A DNA stretch of 64,000 nucleotides, taken from Vicugna vicugna (Eukaryota). Position 1 is the first letter of the stretch, and the number at the start of each line of letters is the position of its first letter. The stretch lies in NCBI GenBank assembly GCA_013265495.1, contig MU058802.1, positions 66,724 to 130,723 of the forward strand. The letters are read 5' to 3'. Both the position numbers and the translations under genes were made by a program. Of this stretch, positions 40,178 to 54,345 are shown piece after piece. Below the pieces are notes generated by a model that saw only the letters and a program-made list of their open reading frames with translations, was not told the DNA's origin and did no database searches.

Positions 40178-42159
40178 ATGATTTTAACACAAGTTGATCT
40201 CTCAGTGAACAATGATCATACTTTGATATTCATTCATATCTTTTTAGTTGTTTATTTTTATTAGAAGAGTCAACAAACTTCAGGGCAAATTTTAATTATG
40301 ATCATGTTCTTTTGGACGAAATTGTTTCTGATACTCTTCTTTCTCCCTGTCTCTGTTTCCTTCTGTCTCTCCATGCACCCCCACCCCACATCTCTTTCCA
40401 TCTCAAGCAAAATGGATTTTGATACCTTTAGATGGGGTTCCATTTTTTTTAGAAGAGTGACCAAGTCTTACAATAGCATTATATTTGTCACTTCATATGT
40501 TTAAATTACCAATCTGGTCACAGATGTTTGAATTATTCCTGCCATAAGAAGAATTATGAATCTTCATAATGCTTAAAATAGTTTTCCTCTTTTGATATAT
40601 TGGGTAAAATTGGAAACCACTGAGGGCAGTAAAATATTATCTATCAAGCCATATCCAAATTCACTGCATGCTGCTAAAGGCTAATATGAGTTTTAGAAAG
40701 TGGAATATTATTTCCAATATCAAATAATACAATGAGTCAAGTAGTCTGAAGAGAGTACTTTATGATGTGCCTACTACTGTCAGCCCCAGTAAGCATTTGA
40801 TGGAATATGAGAGCCTACTATACTGCTTTCTCAACATAAAACTAGTTTTTAACCACAAATTATTTTTAGACTTAAATATAAGGGAGATTTACACTCTTAA
40901 AAGTGACATCGTTCTGGGAATAATAAAATACTAGGGTCAGTTTCATAATCATTGTGCTGCATAGAGGAAATAATTATAACATATTCTGAGTTGGGTGAGT
41001 GCATGTGTGCGTGTTGTGGGTGTGTTTGTTTCAATTTAAGCAGATTACATACTAATGTACAGAAAAGTTATCAACCCAGTTTGGTGAAATGTATGTTTGA
41101 TGTATAAAAAAGGACTATGCTCTTAGGATTCAGATGGTATATTAAGTCAAGTTGTAGCCATAAATCACACGTATAAATATTTGATTTCTCTACTCCTGTA
41201 CCTGGGCTGCTCAATATTACTGCAGAAAGAGGCAAAGCTATGCAGATTTGTGCCCTCATTCTTAGTCATGGCTTTCACAACCATTTATGTGATGCTGGGG
41301 CCAAAATCTATATCCTCAGAATAAATCTTCACTCTGACTTCTAACTTGCATCATTGTTAGTGGTTTATTTGTTTGTTTTACAATGTTTTTTTTGATTATG
41401 CCCTGGATATTTGCAGCCGGATGTGTTCTAAGCAGTGCACATTAAGTTACTTCAAATCTAAACTCATCTCAATACACAGCAAATAGGTCCTGCTGTATAA
41501 ATTCTATATTCTACCATTAGCATTGCCCCTTACTAGTCACCATAGGAAAGAACCGAGAAGATATCTAAGGTTACATTTTCTACTCACTATTCACATGAAA
41601 GCAGGCAAGAAATTCTTTGGATTTCACCTCTTATTTATAAATATATTAAATTCTTCATATACATTGCATATTACTTTGGTTATGGTTTTCATTATTTCAT
41701 ATTTATAAAATATTTATACTTTGTAAAGAAGACCATTGTAGAAGTTTTAAAATAAAACATTATTAACCAAAGTATACTACTCTTGAAGTACACTGAAGGA
41801 ATCACAAAATTGATAGAAATATTTTGATAATATTTTACGAAGGAAGTATTCTTTCTAAGTAAAAAAAAAAAATTCATGGTTTGTTTTTGCTCTCCTTTTT
41901 TTATACTCCTCAAATGCTACAATCCAGCTTGCCTTTATGTCTTATCTCCTATTAATGATGAAACTATTTCAGCCAGAATCTTCTTTCAATGCTACACTGC
42001 AAATCAACAAAGGCTAGAGGGTATATAATTATGTGTGTGTATGTACATATATGTGATTATATATGTGATTATACACATAGATACAAATGTATAGAAGTAC
42101 ATATATAGACATATACAAATACATGTACATGTACAAAGTCTGTTACAATGCAAGTTATA

Positions 42160-42280
42160 TAAATTCTCTATGCCTTAATTTTACCACATGTAAAATGGGA
42201 GTAATATTATGACTTAAGCATTATAAGGTGGAACATTTATATAAAACACTTAAGAATAATGCTACATAAATATTAGCTAA
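42160..42280 (+). mobile_element. MIR SINE fragment
   Basis: ttctctatgccttaattttaccacatgtaaaatgggagtaata (MIR core). Confidence 0.65.
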
Positions 42281-42914
42281 CCTTTACATTTGTTTGTGCA
42301 TTTTTCAATTATACATGCAGATAATTCATCAATGTCTTAATAAGCTGTTACCCGATACCGTTAGTGACAACAGAAGCAAGAAAAGACCATTTCTCACTGT
42401 TGTTCAATAATTTTTTCTAGCAGGTCTGACTAATGCAATTAGAAAAAAAAGAATGAGTACATATTAATAATGAAAATCTTAGAAAAATATTTTTTGTTGA
42501 GAATATAAATACATTTTAAGAATGTCCAAAAATATATACTCTTGACCTATTATAACTAATAAGATTTATTATTAAGTAGCCTATCTCATAAGTATCAAGA
42601 CATAAAATTTTCCTATAGTTCTATGTAATACAAGATGTTTTAAAATAAATATGAAGTATAAAAATCTTATCTGAGGTTTTTAAATGAATAAAAATACACA
42701 AAACTATTTCGACTTCTAAGGAGAAAATAGGCCATTTTCCTTTAACAATTTGGGTAAGTATGTCTAAAAATTAATATGCTTTTGGAAGGATTAAATTAAG
42801 AAACGTTCTAAATTATTGATGTAAAAGCTTAGCCTAGATAAGGTAGATTAACGTACACAAAGCTTAATATTTATATATAGATACATATTTAGATTTTCTA
42901 ATGATAAATATTTG

Positions 42915-43154
42915 AATGTTCTTTTCAATGTGCTTTTTTTTAGTATTCTATAATTCTAAAACTCACTTTTGTTCATGTGTAGTATACAAAGTTGTCATAA
43001 TCTCAAGAGTGATTAATTTCATTTTCTAAAAAAATATTTAATGTTCTTTTCAATGTGCTTTTTTTTTAGTATTCTATAATTCTAAAACTCACTTTTGTTC
43101 ATGTGTAGTATACAAAGTTGTCATAATCTCAAGAGTGATTAATTTCATTTTCTA
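42915..43154. repeat. Near-perfect tandem duplication, period 125-126 bp
   Basis: 42915-43028 and 43040-43154 are identical except for T8 versus T9. Confidence 0.98.
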
Positions 43155-43944
43155 GAATATCATTTATACAAAATGAAGAGATGATCTTCTACATTTTTTG
43201 TCTACTTTACCAATTAATTATTTAAATCTATATGTTATTTTCTATTGACTTTATAAATTAATTGTGGCCTACTATGTGAGATCCTTTGGAAAAAGTGTAA
43301 AGCCTCTATGATTCTGATGGCTTTTTTTGTCGAATACAAATTTAATTTATTAAGAGCATGAAATGGATAATTGAGCAGATCCATTAAAATAATAAAATAA
43401 CTTTCCTGTTAAAACATTCAAAAATATGTAATTTTTTGTCATTTAAGTTGTTATAAAGCAAAGATTAAACATAAACCAATTCATTTTCTAAATCTAACTT
43501 AACCCTTAAATCAAAACCAAAATAAAACTGCAAATGCATCATTTTAATTGTCAGTTGCAAAAATTCTAAGTTAACTTTTAACAATTAAATTTAGCAATAT
43601 ATTTGAAGATTACTATGCCATAAGCAATAAAATTGTTTAAAGTAAGGAAGAGTTTTCATATTAAATATTTTTTCAATGTCATAAATCAACTAATCAAAAG
43701 AGAAATTATTACATTGCATTTTGGTAAATTAAAAGAATAATTTTCATGAAATCTGTGATTGATTATTACAATTAGGGATAAATATAAGTGTACTTTCAAT
43801 CTAAAACATCTGTAGGTCATTTCTTCTATTCCTTTTCTTCAACATGCCTAGGTCTACTACTACTGCCTTCCATCCTTCTTCCCCAGTTTTTTTTTTTTTC
43901 TTTTGACTTTTAAAATTTAATTTGAATTTTTACTTTTTCCGAAT

Positions 43945-44087
43945 GTTTTAAATTGAAGTTTGGTTGATTTACAATACTGTGTTACTTTCAGGTGTACAGT
44001 AAAGTAGTTCAGTTACTCTTTTTTCAGGTTATATTCCATTATATGTTATTACAAGAAATTTAATATCATCCCCTGTGCTATACAGGA
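43945..44087 (-). mobile_element. Short L1 3'-end insertion (cetartiodactyl-type)
   Basis: attgaagtttggttgatttacaatactgtgttactttcaggtgtacag..ttattacaag..ccctgtgctatacag. Confidence 0.8.
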
Positions 44088-44336
44088 AGCATTCTTACTG
44101 ATCCCTGTGAAGGTCTTTTTTGTTTACTGAGAAATCAACTTAATCAAGTGTGTCTGAATAGAGTGTAAATTAGACTGATTAGACTTCCTCAACCACACTG
44201 CATCTGAAGTAGCAACACAGAAATCCATAAAAAATTTTTTAAACATTTTATCCAAAAAAAAAATCAAACAAATTTTTTAAGGAATACATGATTAGTGGAC
44301 TGTCAAGTTTGCGAAGGATCTGAGGTTATTTATACC

Positions 44337-44620
44337 TGTTGCACATTAATAAGTTAGTTGCGGCAGTTTCAGGGAACTTGATGGAAGACACAGTGCTTTC
44401 GGGTTGCAGAAGAATGACTTAATTGTTGATGGCACAGAAACCAGCATGAGCCTCAGCCTTATATGTATTACTTTTCCTTGTCCCCAGATCTCATGGAAGC
44501 AATGCAAATGTCCCCAGATGACACTTGTACATACAGTGGGTTGAGTTACAGGAGAACTCTAAATTTAGGAAACACATTTTTATAAGAAGACGTAAGCACA
44601 CCTGCACTTTGGGCGAGTAG
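44337..44620 (-). mobile_element. Probable ERV1-class LTR fragment (MER89/MER90-like)
   Basis: Begins tgttgcac with a U5-like stretch; pattern recalled from consensus. Confidence 0.45.
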
Positions 44621-46063
44621 TGTGTAGAACCCTGTTCTACATCAGCACCCCTATATCATTTTCATACCAAAGGAAATAAATGTTTTCTAATATCATTTGT
44701 GAATCTGCATTTGACTTTTGCAATAAATCTTTTTTTTTAATTCAAATGAGGATCCTGGGTCCATTTTCTTCCATTGCAATATTGTTATTATGTCTTTTTA
44801 TTTATTTTCAGAATAAAAACAGTATCTGTTACTCTTTTTGTTTGTTTGTTTTCATGACTTGGATCTCTTAAAGAAATCAAGCAAAATTCCTTATATATGT
44901 GAAGCATTCTGGATTTGCCTATTTTTGTTTGTTTGTTTGTTTTTTGTTTTGTGTGTGTGCATGGTATCATTAATTTTGTGTCCAAAGAGAAGGATAACTC
45001 TAAATCTTAATTAGACTCGGGTTAAATACTTTTGGAAGAAGTCTTCGTAGTGATTCTGGGTACTTAATATTACATCACATTAAGCAGTACCTATTACAGG
45101 TAGTCTAACTTTTAGTGATACTAATTTCAATCATTTAGTTAAGGTGATGACTGCCAGCTTTCTCCCTTAAAACTATCACCCCTTTCAATTAGGAAATAAG
45201 ATATGGAATAAGAAAGTGTTACCTTTTAGCTGATGCTAACATTTATTGATGATCTTGGCCTGAATCTATCATTTCATTAAAAGCAACAAAATGGTGATGT
45301 TTATTATACTATATTTATTCTTTATTACTTGATAGCTTCATATTAAAAATGTCATTAAGTGAGAATGAACAGTTTTTCTTTACAAAGTTTATTTAAAATT
45401 TATTTCATCTATGGCCTGTTTCTCAAAAGAGGTTGGGGTCATGGTACCTACAATGGTCGAAATATTTTCTCTCTTGAATAATCTAGTGGATAAGCATTAT
45501 TTAGTTTTACATGCATATTCTCCAACATTGAGGTCGTGGGGCACCTTAAAACTGGTTTTGGTGTAAGATCGAAAAGCCTGTTATATATCGTGTAATTCCA
45601 TGATCTCTGGCACAAAATATCCTACAATCATATAGTTCTCCAATATCTCTGTCCCTTTATTCAGAAGAAGATTTGGGTAGAATGTGCTTCTGAGTGCCAT
45701 TTCTTCTAGCTTTAAAAGCAGTGAAGCTTAGAAAATGTATTTTGAAAAGATTGATGATCAAAATTTGATTCTTCATATCAATTTTAATATTTTACAACAT
45801 TCTTTAAAACTTTATATTTTTCTTGTTTTACTTTAAATATTTTGTTTCTTAATTTCATTTATATATTCAATATAGTCTAATATAAAATCTATTTAAAATT
45901 TTAAATATTATTAGTAATATTATTTACTAAAAATAAAATGCCTGAGGGAAGTTTAATATCTCTTCACAGATGATTTTTCTTAGAATTTTAAACTTTAAAA
46001 GTGTATAGTAAGAATATACAGTTTGTTTATTAGTTATCTATCTATGTGATCAATCCGACATAT

Positions 46064-46228
46064 TTTTAAAAATACTTTATTTATTTAGTATTGTATTATT
46101 TAATTATTTTATTTTGGTTGTGGGAGGTAATTAGATTTGTTTACTTTTAGAGGAGGTTCTGGGGATTGAACCCATGACCTTGTGCATACTAAGCATGTGC
46201 TCTACCACTTAAGCTATACCCTCTCCCC
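46064..46228 (-). mobile_element. Camelid tRNA-Ala-derived SINE (Vic-1-like) with TSD
   Basis: gaggaggttctggggattgaaccc..gtgcatactaagcatgtgctctaccacttaagctataccctctcccc. TSD tcaatccgacatat (46050-46063) / tcaatctgacttat (46229-46242). Confidence 0.92.
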
Positions 46229-46349
46229 TCAATCTGACTTATATTTAGGACCTTTTTTTTTTTTTGCTTTGTTTTCAACTTTACTTCTTCTTCTGTACTT
46301 GCAAATTTATTTTTCACAATATTTAAATGATTTATACGGTTCAGAAATC

Positions 46350-46945
46350 AACATAATAAACACAGCCAACATAATCTTGAAAAAGAATGTAGAAGATTTA
46401 TAATTCTAATTTCAAAAGTTACTAAAAAGTCACACTATTCAAACAGTGTAGGACTGGTATAAAGATAAAAACCTTGATCAACAGAATAGAACTGAGATTC
46501 CACAAATAATCCTTTTCATTTATGGTCAACTGATTTTTTACAAAGATACCAAAACTTCTGAATGAGGAAATTATACTCTTTTCAACAAATTGTCTATCCA
46601 TGTGCAAAAATACAAATGAAGATGAGCTCCTCAACAAACTATGTAAGTAATTAACTCAAAATAAAGCATAGGTTTAAATGTAAGAGATAAAACTACACTA
46701 CTCTTAACAGAAAATGCAGGAGTTCATCTTGTGAACTTGCTTTAGGTAGTATCTTCTTAGATAAGACAACAAAAGCATGTGTCAAAAGAAAAAGTACAGA
46801 AAGAAGAATTCTTCAAAATTTAAAACTTTTATGCTTCAAAAATTAAGAAAAACAACCCAAAGATTGGAAAAAAAATTGCAAATCGTGTATCTAATAAAGA
46901 TAGCTATCCAGAATATGTGGAGAATCCTTGTAACTCAATCATCAA
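46350..46945 (+). mobile_element. L1 ORF2 3' fragment
   Basis: Homologous to 38250-38870 (tatggtcaactgattttttacaaag, cttttcaacaaat, ttaaaacttttatgcttcaaaa). Confidence 0.85.
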
Positions 46946-47289
46946 GAGAGTAACCCTGCTATTTGGTTCTTCTCCATATGTGCACTACTCAGGTCTCATT
47001 CTGAGACCTACATGGAAATCCCTCTATTGGCTCCATTTACAAAGTCTTGGATGTGCTGATTAAAATCAGATCCGCATATGCACAGGTCCAAGTTGTGCAC
47101 AGGAGTTTATAAACTATTACTGGGGTTGCTTTCCAAGTCTCATTTCTCTCTGTGATCTCATAAACATTTTCTGGTAACCTAAATTTCCCCCTTTTCAGTC
47201 TCTGGCTAGAAGCCACTCACTTCTGCTATAAAGCTTTGTCAGGAGCTATACAGAGAGAAGACAAAGAGAATGAAACAAAGCAGTAGGGG

Positions 47290-47502
47290 TTATCCCTTCT
47301 CATGGAACAGCAGATCCACACAGAGATGACTGCAGCCCCAGCCAATAACATGATTTTGCAGCATTGTGAGAAACCCTGGGACAGAGGACTCAGATAAGCA
47401 GCATCCAGATTCCTGACAACAGAAATTCTGAGATAAGAACTGTTTTTCTTTTAAGCTGCCATGTTTGGGATAATTTGCAGGAGGGCAATAGATAACAAAC
47501 AC
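47290..47502 (+). mobile_element. MaLR LTR 3' part (MLT1D/E-like)
   Basis: gagatgactgcagccccagcc..ccagattcctgac..ttttaagctgcc..gcaatagataacaaacaca. Confidence 0.85.
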
Positions 47503-50500
47503 AATGAGTGATTTTAAAATAAAACACATTAGAAATTAACTGTGTAAGATTATGCTACTTGAGGATTTATTCCCTGATTTTTTTTTCCAGTAACTCATCT
47601 GAGGCAGATTACAGCTATTTCCATACATTTTATATCTGCCTAAAAAGACTATAAATATGTCCAGAACTCAGTGTCCGAGAAAGAGAACTTCCAACTTTTC
47701 GGTACACAATGTTTGGGTGGATTTTTCAAACATACACTATTGTTGAATATGAGGAAACAAAGGGGATATCACAAACCATGAATAAAAATAGTGGTTATTT
47801 TACTCTTTAAAAATATAGGCAGCTTCAAATTTATAGATGTATTTCTTGATTTTAACTAATGACTGAATTATTTAACATTTGGGAAAAAAAAAACCTTTAC
47901 TACTGGCACAAAAATCACATATAATGCTAAGTTTCTAAAGGTAATAAAATGCAATCTGAGTATATATATATATATAAATAAAAATATATTCAAAACTTTT
48001 GTGGATTAAAGAAAACTTTGTATTAATTTGGTACACTCAGAGAGCCTATATATTGCATTGAAAAAACAAGAATAAGAGTTTCCTTGATTCTGAATAAACT
48101 AGGAAAATTCATTCTACCTTTCAGTGTGAAAATATCTTTCCATATATCTATGAAAAATATGAGCCATAACAAATATGTGTCAGTTTGTCTCTTGTGTAGT
48201 ATCCTTTTAGAATAACAAAGACATCATCCATCATCAGTTTCTCAGAGTAAACTGTTTACAAAGAGCTAGATCTAAGCTTTTTTTTTTTTTTTTTGGCATT
48301 GAAAGAATCTAATTACCTTTTACAAATGGCCAGAATGATTATCTGCAACTTCATTGATTGAATCACCCTGGCTAGTTGATTAATCGATGTGTATATTTAG
48401 CTTGCTTATGCCTCCTGACTTCAATCAAAGAATTAATGATTTTTGAAAAGAAGAGATTGCGTTAAATCCATGCTTAGTAACTAGTAACCAACTGGGTGTT
48501 TTAAATTGAAAAATTGCGTGATTAAAATCCCTTGGTTTTTTTTGTTTTTTTTGCTTTCCAAGTTGGTTTGTGATGTAGTTCTAACTGTAGAGGGAAAAAG
48601 AAAGGAGAGTCAAAAGATGTAGAGAATCATTTTAATTAAAAAGATGTTAAACATGGAGATGGGAATGCCATGCCTTTCTAAACTGTGACAATAATCAAAA
48701 TTAAAGTATAAACTATTTAAAACCTAATTATAACACTGACTTTGCATGTTTTATTGTAATCCTCTTATTCTTTTGACTGGTCTATTTTCCCTGTCCTTAT
48801 TTGGGTCTCTGCTTAAATGACATATTGGTAGCAAGGATATTCTATCTAAAACACACTCCCCTGTAATTCACCATATATACTACAGTGTTTTGTTTTTCTG
48901 TTTTGTTTTTCTTCATAGCAACTGTCACTACTTGAGTTTATGTTTAATAACTCTTTAAAGGAGAGGGATTTCACTTCCAAAAGGCGAAGACTTGGTCAAT
49001 TTTATTTATTACTCCATTCTGAATGCCTGGCGTATGATAATATTCTTTAAATATTTGGGATAAATGGAAAAAAATCTGAGTATTTGTCTCTTCCAGTATA
49101 CTGCCCACTTGGTTTGGCAGGGAACGTTACCTTCATCGTGTTCTCACTGCTTAGCTGTGCACCTGGCACTTAATAGAAACTAGAACAAAGTATGGTGGCT
49201 GAAGGAGCAAATGACAGCACAAATGGAAAAGTTTAATTCCCCGTTCTAACTCCTATAGACTTGGATCAGAATCCCTGGGAGAGAGAACAGCAAGTGAAAA
49301 CCTGAAAGATGTGTTTCACTAAAGACTTTCTGTGAATCACTGGAATCCCAGGGTCACTGCTGGGGATGAATTAAACCATTGTGGATGGCAGCGCACCACA
49401 AAGACAGAGGCACAAGGGAGCAGCTTCTGCACATTTCTGCATTGGCACTGTCGGCAATTCTGCAGGCATTAATGTAGCAACGTGCTGTAGCAGCTGCCAG
49501 CAGTAAAGATGTGTGCTCTGCAGTAAATGTAACCACAGGGGATAGGAGCCAGAAGCAAAAGAGAAATAAAAATAGGAAGACACTAGATCCAGGATGTTGG
49601 TAACAACAGTGGCGGCTGTGAGCACGTAAGAGACATACTCAGGAAGCAGTGTTGGACAGAAACATTTAAGGAGCCTTATTAATTGCCAATCCCAGACTTT
49701 GGCAAAAAAGGAGAAATAATATTTGCCACTATGGCAGTGAAAGGATAATGTTTTTCCCTAGGCTACTCATAGCAGAGCAAACACAGTTGACATAGATATA
49801 TCAGAGAAAGGTTATGTTCAAGGACTCCAGAGTGCATAACACGCAATCTTTTGTGATTCTCTGTGCATTTTAAGGAATATTTGAAAGTAAAAATGAAGAT
49901 ACTCAGCAGAAAGAGCCTTCTCCTTGGGAAGAAAAAAGATTCCTCAATGGAGTTACAAACAATTACTGTTCACTGAAAATCTGTGCACAGCTTATTAATA
50001 CTTATATTGATGATTCCCAGAAGGAATGATTAAGGTTGCTTTAAATATTGGTTTTTAATAAAGACAGTAATAGGAAATTTGGCAATATCACATCAAACTA
50101 ATTGTGCGAGTACAGGGGTTTTCTGGTTATACAGAAAGGCACACTAACCTCACTGAGAGGGTAGCAGAGAATGGTGCAAAGATTTCTTGGTAAAGTGTAA
50201 CATTAAAGCTGAAACCTGAAGGATGAGCACTAGTTAGCAAAAAAAAAGGGGGGGGTGATTGTGAGGAGTGTCTCAATATACACCATTATGTACTGAAAGA
50301 CTCAGACAATAGAAGCATGGCACCAAGGAGGAAGGGAAAGTTCCTATGCATTTTGGAGTGTAGGGTGATCATACTTACTGTTAGAGAACTGAAGAAGGCA
50401 GAACATACAGGTTTATTTTAGGCATTAAAGTGTCATAGAAATCAAGCTTTGTTCCACTGATACCCCCCACAAATAGCTATAGCATTGTCAATGGACTAAA

Positions 50501-51589
50501 CTATTTTCTAGGATAAAAAGTCATAAGGAGGGAAACTGGTTAATATCTTTATATCTCCTTCAATGCCATTCCAATTGTATTCAAACTGCAGAACTTCTAG
50601 AATCATAAATTCTTCCGTCTTACTTTCAGAAAACAATTTTCTACTTTTTATAGTTGTATCTTACTTTACAATCCAGCATTTTTTTCATTCTTTGCTAACC
50701 CTGAAATTTATGACTAATCATTTCATACTTTCATAGCATCATCCACAAAACCCTTGACTCTGCTGGTATAACCTTTAAAAACCAATATCCTAGAATCAAC
50801 CTATTGTCTGTCTTTTGCTATAATGTTTTCATGATGACAATGATATTAGCCAAAAATTTCATAACCATATGAATACTTGATTCTACAAATTATGTTTTCT
50901 AATCTTTGTTGGAGGCTCGAAATAGCTTCTCAAAGATTTTATTTTCCTTATTCAGTTTTTCATCCTGTTCTCATCAGTGGATCATGGCCAGGTACATTGG
51001 CTATCATACAAGCTCTTTTTTGATCTGGCAATTGTCTGCTCCTTCAGCCTCATCTTTCAGTGCTGAATTAACATTCCAGAACTCTATTTCATAATCCAGA
51101 AATAGTCTCTTGAGATTTTGCAAACATATTCTACTCTATTCACACCTTTGCACAATTTTTTCACATTAGCTATGCCTGAGATGATTTCATGCTGTGTCTT
51201 CTTCCATTGAGAACTCCAAATCATCAATTCAAATGTAATTCTGTAATCAACTCTTCTAGGTAGCATTTGCTGAATACCTGCCAAGTTCCCAATTAAACCT
51301 GTATTGAATGCCAATTACACTCTCTTATATTGTTATGTGCATACCTTGAGAATCCTCAAAAGGCAGTATTGAAAATTGTTTTGTTGATCTTCTCTAAAAA
51401 TAAAAAATAAAGGATGGAAGCTCAGTTATATTATTTTTTAAATCCATAGACTGCAAAATAATATGTGATACAGAGTTATTACAAGTGTTAGAATTAAACA
51501 AGGGAAATACCTTGTGAATGTGTTGAACTAGATGATCATAGTTTGCTTTTCCTCTGTAGAGATCAGGATAGATATATAACTAGAAACAC

Positions 51590-53355
51590 ATACTTAGGTT
51601 TGGGCTAAAATGAAATACAAGAGACAGGATTTATCTTCCCCAAAGAAACACTAAAACAATGGGCAAAATATATGAAAAAATTTCTCAAGATCCTAGAGAT
51701 TAGCTGATAAGTGAAAGTGATTCTGCAGGAAAAGAAAAGAAAAAATGAGATGATTGTCCCAGAAAAGTGCCCTGACAAGGTTTGAAGACCATGATGAATG
51801 ATGAAAGAACCTAGATGGAATTATACACAGTTACTGAGTTCAGGAGAAAGATCTGAGACTCTAGGAAGACAAAAGTAACTACTATAGTTGTAGAGAATGT
51901 GGAATAAAAAACAAAAACAAAAACAAAAAACTGCACATGGAAAATTCTGGAGTTCTTCAGTTAGTTTTTCTTGAGTATTCAGCTTTGTACTGCAAAGTGC
52001 CAATATGTATGAAAATTAACTGAGACCACTGAAATAGCCATCCTGAAAAGATTAGGGGTAAGAGTGCCCAGTGCTTACGCGTGGTTGAGATTAGTGCATG
52101 TTTCCACTGGTCACGAGATGTCTCAAGTTCATGGGATACTGAGATGAGTACAGAGTAGACGCTGATGTAATGCTGAGGTATAATTAGCTCCCGCCTGAAT
52201 ATGGCTCCATTTCTGCCTACTCAGTCATAAGAACAAAATGCCAAAAGACACAATTCTTCAAGTGACTACACTGCACAGAACAAAGCTCAGGAATATAAGG
52301 ACATAAAAATTTTCAGTCGTGATAAGTAGGAAAGTGTTAACCATAATGGCAAGAAAATTCAACTAATGGAAACTGACAGAGAATTAACACAGATGTTTAA
52401 ATTAGAAATAGAGGTAATCATAATTGCATTCCATATATTCAGAAAATAGAGGCATGAAAGATCTATTTTTTTTAAATTATACATCTAGATGTGAAAACTA
52501 CAATGTGGGGAATAAACACTAGATGACATGAACAGCAGATTACACATTAGAGGAAGAAAAATTAGTAAATCTGAACTGAAAAAAATAGAAACTAATTAAA
52601 AATGAAACAGAGTGAAGAATGAAAAAAGAGGAAGAAATATACTGAGCTGTAAGACAAATTTAAGAAGTCTAATGTAATTGCAATTTAAATCCCTGAAAGA
52701 AAAGAGATGATGGATTATAGTAAAAATATGTGTAAAAAATCATGGGCCAGATTTTTCCACATTTGATGGAAAGTATAAAACTACATATTGAAGATGTTCA
52801 ATGAAACTTTAATACAAGAAACATAAAGAAAACTTTACCGAGGAGGGCAGGATCAAGAAGGCAGAACAAGAACATCAATAGACCAATAAATTTTTTGATT
52901 CAAAATAATCTAAATAAAATTTTAACAAGTAGAGACCAACAATATATTTTAAAATTATTTTATATTATGGCCAGTTAACCAGGAATGTGAGTTTACTTTA
53001 GCATTCAAAAATGAATTGATTCAATCAATCATATCATCAATTTTAAAAAGAAAATTTTATGATTTTTAGAATAGGTATTTTTAAAGGCATTAAAAAAAAT
53101 CCAAAATGTATTTCTGATAAAAATTCTCAGTAAACTGGGGATAAAAGAAAAATTCTTCAACTTGATAAAGAATGTCCAAAAATCACACTAAATATTGAAA
53201 TAGTTAATCTTTTACTTAAATATCAGGAAAAAGACAACATTAAATCATATTACATCCATTCAATATTGTCTTGGAACTTCTAGCCAGTTCAATAAGTCAA
53301 AAAAAGTAAAAAGACACCCAGGATGGAAAGGAAGAGGTAAAACTGTTCTCTATTT

Positions 53356-53442
<87 letters not shown>

Positions 53443-53481
53443 AATCACAAGAAAAAAAAAAAAAAAAAAAAAATTGTTTTT

Positions 53482-53518
<37 letters not shown>

Positions 53519-53785
53519 ACATAAATATTTGTAATCAGAGTATAAAAATAAATTTTAAAATTAAATAATCAGAATACAAATGACCAATTAAAAAGAAAAT
53601 GGAAAGTTATTTGAATTGATTCTTTGCCTAAGATGCTAATGAACACATGAAAAGAAATGGATTATCATTAGTTATTAAGAAGATGTAAATTAAAATCCTT
53701 TTGAAATGATACTGCATACTTGTTTGAATGGCTTAAATTAAAATGACTAATCATACTAAGTATTGCTGAGGATGTGAGGACTAAA
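51590..53785 (+). mobile_element. Heavily deleted ancient L1 (5'UTR/ORF1 remnant then ORF2 fragments)
   Basis: L1MD-like 5' start (ggcaaaatatatgaaa), ORF1-like A-rich segment 52350-52840, RT fragments (tcaatattgtcttggaacttctagcca, aaaactgttctctatttgca). Confidence 0.8.
53358..53515. repeat. Compound poly(A) block: A80, A22, A30
   Basis: Pure A runs at 53358-53437, 53452-53473 and 53486-53515. Confidence 0.97.
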
Positions 53786-54229
53786 CTTGAACTTAATTTC
53801 AAGTCTTTATTTCTTAAACAAATGGCATTTTAGCCCCATTTTACTGTTCTGCAAGATATAGTTATATTTTCCACATTGAAATACTTTGAAAATACACAAT
53901 GTTATGTGCTTAAAACATTCAACAGGGAGAATGATATACAGTAGTTTGTTTAAAAATAAATACATATTATTATTGCACAATTATCCCAACACATACTCTA
54001 TTATCTAAATATCAGTACATCTCTCAGCTTTCTATGTGATTTTCCTCAAGTTGTTGAGTAGAGCAAAATAAGACTACTTAAAATTAGATAATTAGAAAAA
54101 AAACAAGCAATTTTATATATTAGATATGCAATGGAACATTGGTATGAATTAAAAATAATTAAATGTTATAATGAAAACTTCAACTGCTTAGAAGTAACTA
54201 TGTACTATTTCCTGTAATAGATACTCCCT

Positions 54230-54345
54230 TGCCTTATTTCATTTATCTTTCCCAAGGGCCCTATAATATTAGTTGTATAATTATCCACATTTTATGATGA
54301 GAACACTGAGGCTCAGAGAGACTAAATATATGATCACATTAGGCT
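54230..54345 (-). mobile_element. MIR SINE fragment
   Basis: attatccacattttatgatgagaacactgaggctcagagag. Confidence 0.7.

Noticed and set aside
42915..43154. CRISPR-like or functional repeat array
   Set aside because: Only two long copies with no repeat-spacer periodicity, in mammalian DNA.
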